Below are positions 28,054 to 37,457 of a stretch of DNA of 64,000 bases, in pieces. The position numbers were made by a program, and so were the translations under genes. Below the pieces are notes generated by a model. That model was not told where the DNA came from. It did not search any database and saw only the letters and a program-made list of their open reading frames with translations. This DNA comes from Chthoniobacterales bacterium (GTDB lineage Bacteria; Verrucomicrobiota; Verrucomicrobiia; Chthoniobacterales; Chthoniobacteraceae): assembly GCA_038238905.1 (NCBI GenBank), contig JBBSFI010000001.1, positions 15,756-79,755 of the forward strand, read 5' to 3'. Within the stretch, counting starts at the first letter, position 1. Every line of letters starts with the position of its first letter.

Positions 28054-28830
28054 ATGTCGGCCACGCTTTTTTCCAGCACCTTTATCGCCGCGACATCCAG
28101 CGGCGGCCTGGTGTACGCGTTTCAGCAGGCGACCCTCCCCGGACGCATCATCCTCCTTCTCCTTTTCATGGCCTCGATTTTTTCGTGGTCCACCATGATC
28201 ACCAAGATGCGGGTGCTACGCATCGCGCGCCGGCAGCGCCGCAGCTTCCTCGATCATTTCCGCGCCGACCGCCAGCCGCTCACGTTGTACACCGAGCAGG
28301 CGCAATTTGAAGGCACCCCCATTTTCTCTGTGTACCGGGCTGGCTGCCGCGAGCTTACGTTTCAGCTTCTAGGCTCCGCCGAAGTCGATGAGACCTTCCG
28401 TGCGCGCCTCGAGATGGCCCCGAAAGTCTCGCCAGCTCAGATGCGCGTCATCACCACCGCGATGGAGCGCGCGGTCGGGGAGGCCGCCCTCCGCCTCGAG
28501 TCGCGCATGATCCTCCTCGCCACCGCCGTGAGCGGCGCGCCGTTCCTCGGCCTGCTCGGCACCGTCTGGGGCGTCATGGATACATTCGGCGCGGTCGCCG
28601 CTGCCGGGTCGGCCAATCTTGCCGCGATGGCGCCCGGCGTCTCGGCGGCCCTCATCACCACCGTCACCGGTCTTCTCGTCGCGATCCCCGCGATGTTCGG
28701 TTACAATTATCTCGTTACGACCGTCCGCGCCATGGTCGTCGAGCTGGACAATTTCGCCGCGGAGTTGTCGAGCGAATTCGAGCACAAATTCGTGGATCAC
28801 GGGCCGGCTCCGAAGCGCTTGTATGGCTAG
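28054..28830 (+). CDS. MotA/TolQ/ExbB proton-channel protein
   Basis: ATG 28054. Three TM segments and the conserved C-terminal block GAPFLGLLGTVWGVMDTFG...ALITTVTGLLVAIPA. Confidence 0.85.
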   Translation: MSATLFSSTFIAATSSGGLVYAFQQATLPGRIILLLLFMASIFSWSTMITKMRVLRIARRQRRSFLDHFRADRQPLTLYTEQAQFEGTPIFSVYRAGCRELTFQLLGSAEVDETFRARLEMAPKVSPAQMRVITTAMERAVGEAALRLESRMILLATAVSGAPFLGLLGTVWGVMDTFGAVAAAGSANLAAMAPGVSAALITTVTGLLVAIPAMFGYNYLVTTVRAMVVELDNFAAELSSEFEHKFVDHGPAPKRLYG

Positions 28831-28902
28831 GTCTTCCCGTGCCGACACCAGGCGCCGGGCGCGTCCCATGCTGCCGGCACGGTCCTGATCCCTCCGGTTT
28901 TT

Positions 28903-29319
28903 ATGCGCCGCTTTTCCGATCGCCAGGCGATGCACACACTCGCGGAGTTGAATGTCACGCCGTTGCTCGACCTCGCCTTCGTGCTGCTCATCATCTTTAT
29001 GATCACCACGCCGTTGATGGAAAAGAAGACCGACGTGGTGCTTCCCTCCAGCGCGGCATCCGCCAATGCGACCGACCCCTCTGCCGTCCAGCGGATCACC
29101 ATTCACAAGGATGCGGAGATCACGCTCAATGACGAGACCGTGGACACGCCATCTCTCGCAAGCCGTCTCGCCGCCATCCATGCGAGCCGCCCCGATGCCG
29201 CCGTTGTGATTCGCTCCGATAAGGAATTGCCCGTCCAAAAGCTCATCGATGTCATGGACGCAGTCCAGCGCGCCGGGATCGCCAAAGTGGGTGTCATCAC
29301 CCAGCCGGAGCAACCGTGA
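28903..29319 (+). CDS. ExbD/TolR biopolymer transport protein
   Basis: 138 aa with LNVTPLLDLAFVLLIIFMITTP, the single TM carrying the conserved Asp, followed by a periplasmic domain. Confidence 0.85.
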   Translation: MRRFSDRQAMHTLAELNVTPLLDLAFVLLIIFMITTPLMEKKTDVVLPSSAASANATDPSAVQRITIHKDAEITLNDETVDTPSLASRLAAIHASRPDAAVVIRSDKELPVQKLIDVMDAVQRAGIAKVGVITQPEQP

Positions 29320-29331
29320 CGCCGCATCCAC

Positions 29332-30342
29332 ATGGCTAAACACCGGGAACTCTGGCCAAGTAACGATGCCGCTGGGGAGGCGAATGATCCCGGTGGCGAA
29401 AAGGATCCGCTTTTTCGCCGAAACCTTGCAGTCATCGCCCTCCTCCACCTGCTCCTCGTCGGCGGACTCTATGCATGGGGTCGGTGGGCTCAGGAGCCGA
29501 AGCCCCCGCAGGTGATCTGGCTCGATGGCGGCTCGATGGGCGGCGGCGAGCCGGCCGATGCATCGAGTTCGGCCACTCCTCCAACGCCCGAAGCCGAGGG
29601 GCCCCCCATTGTGCCCGCTGATGAAACGCCCGAGCCGCCCGCTGCCGCGCCCCCACCCAGCGAATTGACAGTCCCGAAGGCTCCTGCCGCCGCGACTCCG
29701 CGACCTGCCACCCCGAAACCTGCTGCCACGCCGAAGCCCGTCCCAAAAGCCACGCCCAAAGCCACACCGCTGCCCAAGGCGACTCCCAAGGCCACACCGC
29801 GCCCCAAGTCTACACCGCGTCCCAAGGCGACGCCCGACCCTTCGCACAAACCCAAAAAAGAGGACGATCCCGCGCCAGATAAATTGAAAGGCGCCGCCGT
29901 CGGCGAGAGGACTGCGGCGAAGCCCCCAGCCGGCGCCTCCAAGCCGGGGGGAACCGATGGCGGCAACGGCGGCAAAGGCGCCGGTCCCTCCGCGGGCGCT
30001 GGAAAAGGAAAAGGGAACAGCGGCACGGGAGCCGGAGCAGGCGCAGGGTCGCAATTCGGCTGGTACCATTCAATGATACGTGACCGCTTCTACAGCGTCT
30101 GGCAGCAGCCGACCTCGATCGTCCGCTCATCCGCCGATTTCGTCACCCGCGTAAAGATCCGGATCGCGAAAGACGGCACAATCCTAAGCCGAGAAATCAC
30201 CACCGTCTCCGGGAACACCGTGATGGACGATTCCGTAATGGCCGCCGCGCAGAAAGTAACGCAAATCGACGCCCTCCCCACCGGCCTCGGCGGCGAAACC
30301 TACGAAGTCTCCATCGACTTCAAGCTAGATCAAGGCGGGTGA
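29332..30342 (+). CDS. TonB/TolA-like energy transducer
   Basis: 336 aa: N-terminal TM anchor, a long Pro/Lys/Ala/Thr-rich spacer with (K)ATPK periodicity, a Gly-rich stretch, and a C-terminal TonB_C-like domain (..TRVKIRIAKDGTILSREITTVSGNTVMDDSVMAAA..). Confidence 0.75.
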   Translation: MAKHRELWPSNDAAGEANDPGGEKDPLFRRNLAVIALLHLLLVGGLYAWGRWAQEPKPPQVIWLDGGSMGGGEPADASSSATPPTPEAEGPPIVPADETPEPPAAAPPPSELTVPKAPAAATPRPATPKPAATPKPVPKATPKATPLPKATPKATPRPKSTPRPKATPDPSHKPKKEDDPAPDKLKGAAVGERTAAKPPAGASKPGGTDGGNGGKGAGPSAGAGKGKGNSGTGAGAGAGSQFGWYHSMIRDRFYSVWQQPTSIVRSSADFVTRVKIRIAKDGTILSREITTVSGNTVMDDSVMAAAQKVTQIDALPTGLGGETYEVSIDFKLDQGG

Positions 30343-30343
30343 G

Positions 30344-30458
30344 CCCTTGTCAGAAATCGCCTGGCGATGCCCGCCCGTAGCCATGCTTTCAACCCCCGGA
30401 AACCCGCCCCACGTCGCATCGTCGCGGAGCGAAGTCTGCAATCCCACTCACCTTCCGC
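30344..30458 (+). repeat. R1 intergenic repeat, copy a
   Basis: CTTGTCAGAAATCGCCTGGCGATGCCCGCCCGTAGCC...TTTCAACCCCCGGAAACCCGCCCCACGTCGCATCGTCGCGGAGCGAAGTCTGCAATCCCACTCACCT. It begins 2 nt after the tonB-like stop and is near-identical over long stretches to 33160-33270. Confidence 0.8.
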
Positions 30459-30727
30459 TAAGACGCTTGGCGGCCTGAAAGACCGCGACATCCACCGTTG
30501 CGATACCCCCCCGCTCCACGCAAATGTCGAGAGAAAGCCCGTCTCGTTGGCCTCGAAACATTTCTCTTTGTTCTTTCCCATTGAAATGGATTCTCAATCG
30601 ATGGTGACCTTGTATGCTTAGGACGTGAGTCGAAGAGCATACATTTCCTCGTTCGGCCTTCTCGGCTGATTACTAACGGTCGCCAGTTCGGAATAGGAAA
30701 AGCCATGCTCGAACTTTCCGCCAAACC

Positions 30728-31921
30728 ATGATTACCGAAGCCCAACTTCTCAAACTCCTTTCGGAAGCAGAATCCTTCTGCGTAGAGCGAACCATTTCCG
30801 TCAATAATATTGACAAGTTTGCGCAGGCCGTCTGCGCTTTCGCCAATGACATGGCCGGATCGGGCTTGCCCGGCCACCTCTTGATCGGAGCCGATGACAA
30901 GACGGGCGCCCCGAACGGACTATCCGTGACGGACCAATTGCTCCAGAACCTCGCCAGCTTGGCTTCCAACGGAAACATCCTACCAGCCCCAGCCTTGATC
31001 GCCTATCGGATGACCCTTGCTTCAGGACTAGGTGAAATAGCGGTCGTTGAAGTTCAGCCCTCAAACCTTCCACCCGTGCGCTACAAAGGCCAGGCTTGGA
31101 TTCGCCGCGGCCCTGCCAAGGGTATTGCGAATGAAGGCGAAGAGAACATTCTGATCGAACGCCGCACCGCTGCTGCCAAAACCTTCGATGTCCAGCCGTG
31201 CTCCGGCGCCAGCCTCTCGGATCTCGCTCTCGACTTGTTCACCACCACCTACCGCCCCTAAGCCATCGATGCCGAGACCATTGCTGAGAATCACCGGCCC
31301 ATCGAGAACCACTTGGCCTCCCTCCGCTTCTTTGACTTGGGAAAAAATTTGCCGACTCATGCCGGCCTGATCCTGTTTTCCAAGAACATTCTCGAATGGC
31401 TGCCAAACGCCTACGTGCAATATGTTCGCTTCGACGGCACGGACATGGGTGCGGAGGTCAGTGCGGAGAAGCGGTTTCAAGGAGATCTGCTCTCCGTTGT
31501 TCGGGACTTGAAGTCCTATGTCGGTCTAATCACTTCGACTCACCCGGAGCGCAGTTCGCCGCTGGAAGACAAGACGGTGGCGGACTTCCCGGAGCTTGCT
31601 GTACGGGAGCTTCTCATGAATGCAGTCTTGCATCGTTCCTACGAAGCTGCTTCCCCGGTTCATTTTTATCAATTCGCTGATCGCATTGAGATCCAGAACC
31701 CCGGCCCGCTTTACGGAGTCGCCCGACCCGAAAACTTCCCGCGCCAAACCAGTTATCGTAACCCTGTCATAGCCGAAGCGATGAAAACACTCGGTGCCGT
31801 GAATCGCTATGGACGCGGTGTCGAGCGTGCCCAGATCGCCCTGGAAAAGAACGGCAGCCCACCCGCAGAGTTCATCTTTGGCGACACCTACTTCGGAAGC
31901 ATTATTCGCATCCGCCCGTGA
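30728..31921 (+). pseudogene. AlbA_2 (Schlafen-like) + HATPase_c_4 ATP-binding/DNA-binding protein, interrupted by one in-frame TAA
   Basis: Tracked ORFs 30728..31261 (AlbA_2-like: ESFCVERTISVNNIDKFAQAVCAFANDMAGSGLPGHLLIG) and 31313..31921 (HATPase_c_4-like: ELLMNAVLHRSYEAASPVHFYQFADRIEIQNPGPLY...NPVIAEAMKTLGAVNRYGRGV) share one frame. Only the TAA at 31259-31261 separates them, and sensible sequence flanks it on both sides (..TTYRP*AIDAETIAENHRPIENHLASLRFFDL..). Confidence 0.75.
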
Positions 31922-32907
31922 AAACCATCGCCTTCTTCAACAACAAAGGCGGGGTCGGCAAAACGTCGCTCGTCTATCATCTCTCATGGATGATGGCGGA
32001 GCGGGGCATTTCGGTGCTCGCTGTCGATCTCGATCCCCAAGCCAATCTCTCAGCCATGTTCCTTTCCGAAGAGCGATTGGAAGAAATCTGGCCTGATTCC
32101 GAGGAGCACCCTTCGACCATTTATGGGGCTGTGCGCCCGATTTTACGCGGAGTTGGGGACATTGCCCCGCCACCGGTGGAGCAAATCGCCAAAAACCTCT
32201 TTCTGCTGCCCGGTGACCTTGGTCTGTCTAGGTTTGAGGACAAGCTCTCCGATGCCTGGCCTCGCTGCCACAACTCGGATGAAGCCGCCTTCCGCACCAT
32301 GACCGCATTTCATCGGCTCATGAAGGAACTCGCAACTGATCGTGCGGAACTCATTTTGGTCGATGTCGGGCCGAATCTCGGAGCGATCAACCGCTCAGCC
32401 CTGATTGCGTCAGATCATGTTTGTCTGCCTCTGGCTCCGGACCTATTCTCCCTTCAGGGACTCAAGAATCTTGGGCCAACGTTGCGGCAGTGGAGAACCA
32501 CTTGGGGCGACCTGTGCGCCAAAGCACCTAGGGATTTGTCTTTGCCCACCGGCGGTATGGCTCCGGTCGGGTATATCGTCATGCAGCATGGCATGAGGGA
32601 TAGCAGACCTGTGAAAGCCTACCAGCGATGGATCGAAAAAATCCCTCCCGTATATCGCAGCGCCGTGTTGAACGAAGCCGTGACAGGCCCAATGCCTGCT
32701 GTCTTGGATGACCCCTATCTGCTGGCTCAGTTGAAGCACTACCGCAGTCTCATGCCCTTGGCGATGGAGGCCAACAAACCGATGTTCTATCTCAAGCCCG
32801 CAGATGGAGCCATCGGAGCCCATGTTGAAGCCGTGCGAGATTGCCATCGGGACTTCCTGAAACTTGCCCGCAAAATCGCAGCAGCTGCCGGTATCAACCT
32901 TTCCTAA
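31918..32907 (+). CDS. ParA/MinD-superfamily ATPase (deviant Walker A)
   Basis: 329 aa, MKTIAFFNNKGGVGKTSLVYHL...VLAVDLDPQANLS...ILVDVGPNLG. Its GTG start overlaps the upstream stop (GTGA). No ParB or centromere-like repeats are nearby. Confidence 0.8.
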   Translation: MKTIAFFNNKGGVGKTSLVYHLSWMMAERGISVLAVDLDPQANLSAMFLSEERLEEIWPDSEEHPSTIYGAVRPILRGVGDIAPPPVEQIAKNLFLLPGDLGLSRFEDKLSDAWPRCHNSDEAAFRTMTAFHRLMKELATDRAELILVDVGPNLGAINRSALIASDHVCLPLAPDLFSLQGLKNLGPTLRQWRTTWGDLCAKAPRDLSLPTGGMAPVGYIVMQHGMRDSRPVKAYQRWIEKIPPVYRSAVLNEAVTGPMPAVLDDPYLLAQLKHYRSLMPLAMEANKPMFYLKPADGAIGAHVEAVRDCHRDFLKLARKIAAAAGINLS

Positions 32908-32918
32908 TGTCCGCGCGT

Positions 32919-33300
32919 CAGTGATTGATAACATCAATCAGCCTCAGGCTGGCGCCCCTTCCGTTCCGAAATCGCGGGGCGATGTCCGCCCGTAGGCCGC
33001 GATTTCAACCCCCAGAAACCTGCCCTACGGCGCATCGTCTCGGAGCGACGGGAGTTTACCAGCCTCAGGCTGGCGCCCCCGCGTGAAACCTCTCTCGCCC
33101 CTCCGCGCGCCTCACCCCTCCGCAACCAGCCTCAGGCTACCCCCTCCGTTCCGAAATCGCGGAGCGATGCCATGCCGGTAGCCGGGGGTTTCAACCGGGT
33201 TTCAACCCCCGGAAACCCGCCCGACGTCACATCGTCGCGGAGCGACGTCTGCAATCCCACTCACCTCCCACGCTCCCCATCACCCCGCCGCGTGAAACCA
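32919..33300 (+). repeat. composite repeat block: R1 copy b, partial R1 arm + R2, R1 copy c, R2
   Basis: CAGCCTCAGGCT occurs three times (32939, 33060, 33127). Two full R1 units run 32919-33052 and 33126-33275. The CCGCGTGAAACC (R2) motif occurs at 33079-33090 and 33287-33298. Copy c carries an internal duplication (GTTTCAACCGGGTTTCAACC). Confidence 0.85.
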
Positions 33301-33379
33301 AAAAAACTTTAGAAAAAAAAGCCGCCCTCGTGCGTCTTATAGGGGCCACTGAACTTCCAAGCACCGCCCCTCCCCCACC

Positions 33380-33883
33380 ATGAACGACCACGAACTGGAA
33401 AGAGCCTATGACGCATACGCGCCGGGCCTCTTCCATTATCTAGTGGCTTTCACGAAGGCCGAGGAGGACGCACGCGACCTCCTGCAGGAACTTTTCATCA
33501 AGCTCGCGCGTGGCCTTCCAGCGAACGCGCAAAGCGAGAAGGCCTGCATCTACAGACTGGCGCACAACCTTGCTATCGACTGGCTGCGAAGACGGAAAGT
33601 CCGTTGGGATTCCGAGGAGCGTCTGCTCAATGAACTCAATGAGGAGCGACAGGGATCAACCGATCCGGATGCCAACCTGATGGCACGCAGCTTTGCAGAG
33701 GCGATGCTAACTCTGTCGCCCGAGCAACGGACGGTCGCCCAACTCAAACTGTGGGATGGTCTGACATTTGAGGAAATCGCGGAAGGGCAAGGCATCCCGC
33801 TCAACACCGCGGCGAGCCGCTTCCGATATGCCCTGGAAAAATTGCGGACGCTGCTGCGCCCGCTCTACAAAGAACTACAATGA
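33380..33883 (+). CDS. ECF-type RNA polymerase sigma factor (sigma-70 family, group 4)
   Basis: 167 aa. Region 2 is DLLQELFIKLARGL...RLAHNLAIDWLRRR. Region 4 is the HTH LKLWDGLTFEEIAEGQGIPLNTAASRFRYALEKLR. Confidence 0.9.
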   Translation: MNDHELERAYDAYAPGLFHYLVAFTKAEEDARDLLQELFIKLARGLPANAQSEKACIYRLAHNLAIDWLRRRKVRWDSEERLLNELNEERQGSTDPDANLMARSFAEAMLTLSPEQRTVAQLKLWDGLTFEEIAEGQGIPLNTAASRFRYALEKLRTLLRPLYKELQ

Positions 33884-34224
33884 ACGACGATGACTTCGAA
33901 AAGAAGTTGCGGGCGCTGACCGGCGCCCTGCAACGGCCCAATCCCACCGTTGCCTGGAAGGCGGACATTCTCGCGCGGGCGCGTCGCGAGGCAAATGCGG
34001 TTCCAATCCAACCGATGCCACAGCCGCGCTGGCTCGTGCTCTCCTGGGCTGCCTCCTGGGCCGCGATCCTCGCCCTGAATTTCGCCACGCCTAGGAATGC
34101 GCCCTCACCGGCAGCGGACGGCATCGCCAGCCGCGTGCCATCGGCGACCGCCGATCTGACGGCATCGCCGCAGACCGTGCTGGCCTTTGAACAAAGAATG
34201 AACCGCAACGCCGACCTGCCCTGA
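33880..34224 (+). CDS. putative anti-sigma factor (single-pass membrane protein)
   Basis: 114 aa, ATGA overlap with the sigma gene, and one TM segment (WLVLSWAASWAAILALNF). Assignment is by position and topology only. Confidence 0.55.
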   Translation: MNDDDFEKKLRALTGALQRPNPTVAWKADILARARREANAVPIQPMPQPRWLVLSWAASWAAILALNFATPRNAPSPAADGIASRVPSATADLTASPQTVLAFEQRMNRNADLP

Positions 34225-35792
34225 TGAACTTCCTCAAACATTGCTCGCAACACCGCTGGATTCGTATTCCGGCCTGTATTGTCATCACCCTCGTCACGCT
34301 ATGGGTGCTGCTGTGCTCATGGGTCAACTGGAGCGGCGCCCGCCAATGGAAGGCAACCCAGGCGATGCTTAAATCTGAAGGCGAGACGCTCGACTTCCAC
34401 GCGACGATGAACGATCCGATCGCGGAAGACGAAAACTTTTGCGCAATTCCTTTGCTCAAGGATCTGGCGCTCGTCGTGGACAATGACACCAGTAAAGGCG
34501 CCCCGGCTGAAAAGCGCAAACGCTTGGAAGCCCTGAAACTGCCGTCTGAAAGCAAAGGCGGACCGCGGCCGAAGCTCAGCAACGCGGCGCTTGGAAAAAA
34601 AGCCGATCTGAAATTATGGGCCGATTGGCTGCGCACGGAAGGCTCGCTGCCGATGCCGGCGGATTCCGGAGACGCGGCGCGCGATATTCTCGCCGCGCTC
34701 TCGAAAAACGACGCCATCTTTCAGGAACTCGCCGCGGGAATCAACCGCCCAAAAGCCCAATGGACGCCGGAGTGGAAAACGCGCGAGCTGCCGCGAATAC
34801 TCTTCGACGTTCAACTTCCTCACTACTCCGGGCAGACGGGATTGTGCCAGACACTCGCATTGCGGAGTATCGCCGCCGCCCGCGCAGGCGACGCGGCCAA
34901 AGCGCACGAGAGCGCGCTGATCATGGCGCGGCTCAGCGAAGCGAACCTGAATGATCCGTTCCTCATCGGCCTGCTAATGGGCGTTTCCGGTACGAGCATG
35001 TTCCGCAATGTGACGTGGGAACTTTGCGATGCCCACGCGGGAACTGCGGAAGATTTCACACGGCTCGAAGCAGCACTTGCGAAACTCGATTTTCATCCCG
35101 CCACCCTGCGAGCGATGCGTAGCGAAATGGCGGGTGTAGCCAATGCGGTCCAATATCTTAAAGATGCGCCCGCCGAAGCCGTCGGGTTATTTGAAATGAT
35201 GGGTGGCGACGGCACGGCGCGCGGCGGACCGAACAGGCGCATGGTGAAAGCCATTCCGTCCGGCTTCTTTGATTCGAGCGGCGCCGTGCTCGCAGACCGT
35301 GAATTTCGTTGCATAATCAAGCCCCTCCGCGATGGGGGACTGCTCCAGGATTATCGAGCCGCAAACGCTTTGGAAAATGAAATCGTTGAAATGAAAAGGC
35401 ACGTGTGGACGCATCCGTCCTGGATCATAACTGAATTGATAACACCGGTGATTTCGAGCGTTATCGGCAAAGTCATCTATACCCAGGCGCTCGTTGACCA
35501 ATCACGGATCGCCTGTGCGCTGGAGCGTTATCGCATTGCCAATGGAAACTATCCCGACTCGCTCGACACAATAATACTGGCGAACGGCAAGCCCCTCCCG
35601 CTGGATCTGATGAATGGCAAACCGATGGGCTATCGCAAAACCGCCGAAGGTAGATACGCGCTCTGGAGCGCCGGCGTTGATGGAAAAGACGATGGCGGAA
35701 AACGCGCCCTGGACGAAAAGCATCCCGAAACCACAAAATTCCAGGATCCGAAGTATGTCGGCGACTGGGTTTGGGATTTTCCAAAGCAATAG
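34224..35792 (+). CDS. membrane-anchored hypothetical protein with pseudopilin-G-like C-terminal motif
   Basis: 522 aa. The start overlaps the previous stop (TGATG). It has an N-terminal TM anchor. The C-terminus, ERYRIANGNYPDSLD...GKPMGYRKTAEGRYALWSAGVDGKDDGG, resembles the GspG-type globular end. Confidence 0.65.
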   Translation: MNFLKHCSQHRWIRIPACIVITLVTLWVLLCSWVNWSGARQWKATQAMLKSEGETLDFHATMNDPIAEDENFCAIPLLKDLALVVDNDTSKGAPAEKRKRLEALKLPSESKGGPRPKLSNAALGKKADLKLWADWLRTEGSLPMPADSGDAARDILAALSKNDAIFQELAAGINRPKAQWTPEWKTRELPRILFDVQLPHYSGQTGLCQTLALRSIAAARAGDAAKAHESALIMARLSEANLNDPFLIGLLMGVSGTSMFRNVTWELCDAHAGTAEDFTRLEAALAKLDFHPATLRAMRSEMAGVANAVQYLKDAPAEAVGLFEMMGGDGTARGGPNRRMVKAIPSGFFDSSGAVLADREFRCIIKPLRDGGLLQDYRAANALENEIVEMKRHVWTHPSWIITELITPVISSVIGKVIYTQALVDQSRIACALERYRIANGNYPDSLDTIILANGKPLPLDLMNGKPMGYRKTAEGRYALWSAGVDGKDDGGKRALDEKHPETTKFQDPKYVGDWVWDFPKQ

Positions 35793-35807
35793 GAGTGAGG
35801 GCGGGAG

Positions 35808-35852
35808 TCTTGTTAGAAATTGCGGAGCGATGCCCGCCCGGTAGCCGGCGCC
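35808..35852 (+). repeat. R1 repeat, truncated copy e
   Basis: CTTGTTAGAAATTGCGGAGCGATGCCCGCCCGGTAGCCGGCGCC. It has the same 5' arm as copy a and likewise starts just after a plus-strand stop codon. Confidence 0.7.
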
Positions 35853-35940
35853 AACAACCCTCAGAGAGGCCCTTTTGCATCTTATGGCTCCGTGTTATTT
35901 TGTTTGTTCTTTAACTAACAGCCCTTACGTCAGTTCCGAA

Positions 35941-35972
35941 CCACCTCCCCCTCCGCGCCTCCGCGTGACACC
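35941..35972 (+). repeat. R2-like motif
   Basis: CCACCTCCCCCTCCGCGCCTCCGCGTGACACC, a variant of the CCTCCGCG..CCGCGTGA(A/C)(A/C)CC motif. Confidence 0.55.
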
Positions 35973-35984
35973 TGCCGACGCGAT

Positions 35985-37205
35985 TCACTCGAGGTAACGC
36001 CGAATCAACACCCCGATCACCTCGTCCGTCGCCGCATCCGCGCCTTTGCCCGCGATATTCGTAGCAGAAATAAACACCGACTTCCTCTCCGGCGCGATCC
36101 AAACATCGGTCACAAACATCGCGTTTGAGCCGACATGCGTGAGCGCAGCCCCGCCAGCCCACGGTCGGGACGCAACGATCCAGCCGCAGGCGTAATCCTG
36201 GCCGTGCGCAGCGGTGTGCAGCTTGATGAAACTTTCCTTTCTCAAAAGAGTCGTGTCGGCGAATTGGCCGCGGGCGTGAAGGTCCGCATAGAGCGCAAAA
36301 TCGACAAGCGAACAATGCACCGTACCCGCCGGGCCGATCGCCGGCGGATTATCCCCGCCCGGTCCGGGTGGAACCGGCTTGATCATTCCGTCCTTCATCA
36401 CATGACCCCACGGCTGATTGATTTGCCCGATTGCCGCGGGCGCGCCGAATCCTGCGGACTTCATCCCGAGCGGCTCGAACAACATCGCGCGCATCAATTC
36501 TTCCCACGGCTTGTGCAAAATGCGCTCGAGCATCGCCCCGGCGATCGCGTAGCCTTGGTTCGAGTAAATGTACTGCGTTCCGGGCGGCGCTTCCGGCGGG
36601 CGTGTCACGAGGCCGTGGACAAACGCAAGCCTCTGCTCCGTCGGCGTCCCGGTTTGCTCCCACGCCTCGCTCCACAAATCCGGTGGCGCATCGTGCGGCG
36701 CCCCGCTGCGGTGCTCGAGCAATTGCTCCATCGTCACGCCCTCCCACTCGGGTTTCATCTGCCCGCGCCATTCGGGAAAAACTTCGCCCACGGTCGTCCC
36801 CCACTTTAACTTCCCCTGCTCGACAAACATCGCTGCGAGCGTGGCGGTCATCGACTTCGTGCAGGAGCCGATGTGCCATTTGTCCGCATCGGTCACCTTC
36901 TCTGGCGCGCCAATTTTGCGCACACCAACCGCACTGACGCCACGCACTCTTCCGTCGATCATCGCGATGCCCGCGAGCGCCGGCAGATCGTGCTGCGCGC
37001 GCAACTGCTCCATCTCTGCGTCGAGCGTCAGTGTTTCCTGAGCGAATACAGACGCGCAGAGCGCGAAAAAAATGAAAAAGAAATTACGCAGCACGATGCC
37101 CCACGCTGCCGGATCACTCCAGGTACCAACTCGCAAGCTCACATGCTGTCCTCTATTCGCTATATCGCAAAAGCTCAAAAGACTTTGCATCAGCCTTTGC
37201 TGCAT
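35985..37205 (-). CDS. serine hydrolase, beta-lactamase/PBP fold
   Basis: SxxK (GSCTKSMTA) and YxN (YSNQGY) motifs. The signal-peptide-like stretch LRNFFFIFFALCASVFAQE suggests the true start is the GTG at 37096 rather than the ATG at 37205. Confidence 0.8.
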   Translation of the reverse strand: MQQRLMQSLLSFCDIANRGQHVSLRVGTWSDPAAWGIVLRNFFFIFFALCASVFAQETLTLDAEMEQLRAQHDLPALAGIAMIDGRVRGVSAVGVRKIGAPEKVTDADKWHIGSCTKSMTATLAAMFVEQGKLKWGTTVGEVFPEWRGQMKPEWEGVTMEQLLEHRSGAPHDAPPDLWSEAWEQTGTPTEQRLAFVHGLVTRPPEAPPGTQYIYSNQGYAIAGAMLERILHKPWEELMRAMLFEPLGMKSAGFGAPAAIGQINQPWGHVMKDGMIKPVPPGPGGDNPPAIGPAGTVHCSLVDFALYADLHARGQFADTTLLRKESFIKLHTAAHGQDYACGWIVASRPWAGGAALTHVGSNAMFVTDVWIAPERKSVFISATNIAGKGADAATDEVIGVLIRRYLE

Positions 37206-37457
37206 CTGGGATTAAAAGTTGATCACTGTCAGCCATTGGTCATTCAAACGGTCTGTCGGTAAATGAGCGCTTTTCTCATGCAGGGGAAGGAAGCCGATGT
37301 CGAAGAGGGCGTCAAGGTGTTCCATGCAAACGGTTTGTCTCTTAATGCCTGAGGCAAGTGACCATTAAAGATCCGGTTGTCTGCTGCCCCCGACTGGCCC
37401 ACTGACCGGCCGAGGGCGGTGTGCCTTCAGGATCGTGCTTATCTCAGCCGAAGAAAG

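Noticed and set aside
30612-30642. Hairpin GTATGCT-N17-AGCATAC (with an inner GAC-GTGA-GTC stem) in the lower-GC spacer ~85 nt upstream of the AlbA_2 gene.
   Set aside because: It is a single occurrence with a modest stem, no U-tract and no second copy, so it cannot be distinguished from chance or a minor UTR structure.
37263-37457. Short coding-like snippets (e.g. MSAFLMQGKEADVEEGVKVFHANGLSLNA) in the ~200-nt spacer before repeat copy d.
   Set aside because: They are below 30 codons with no recognisable family. They are probably remnants or noise.
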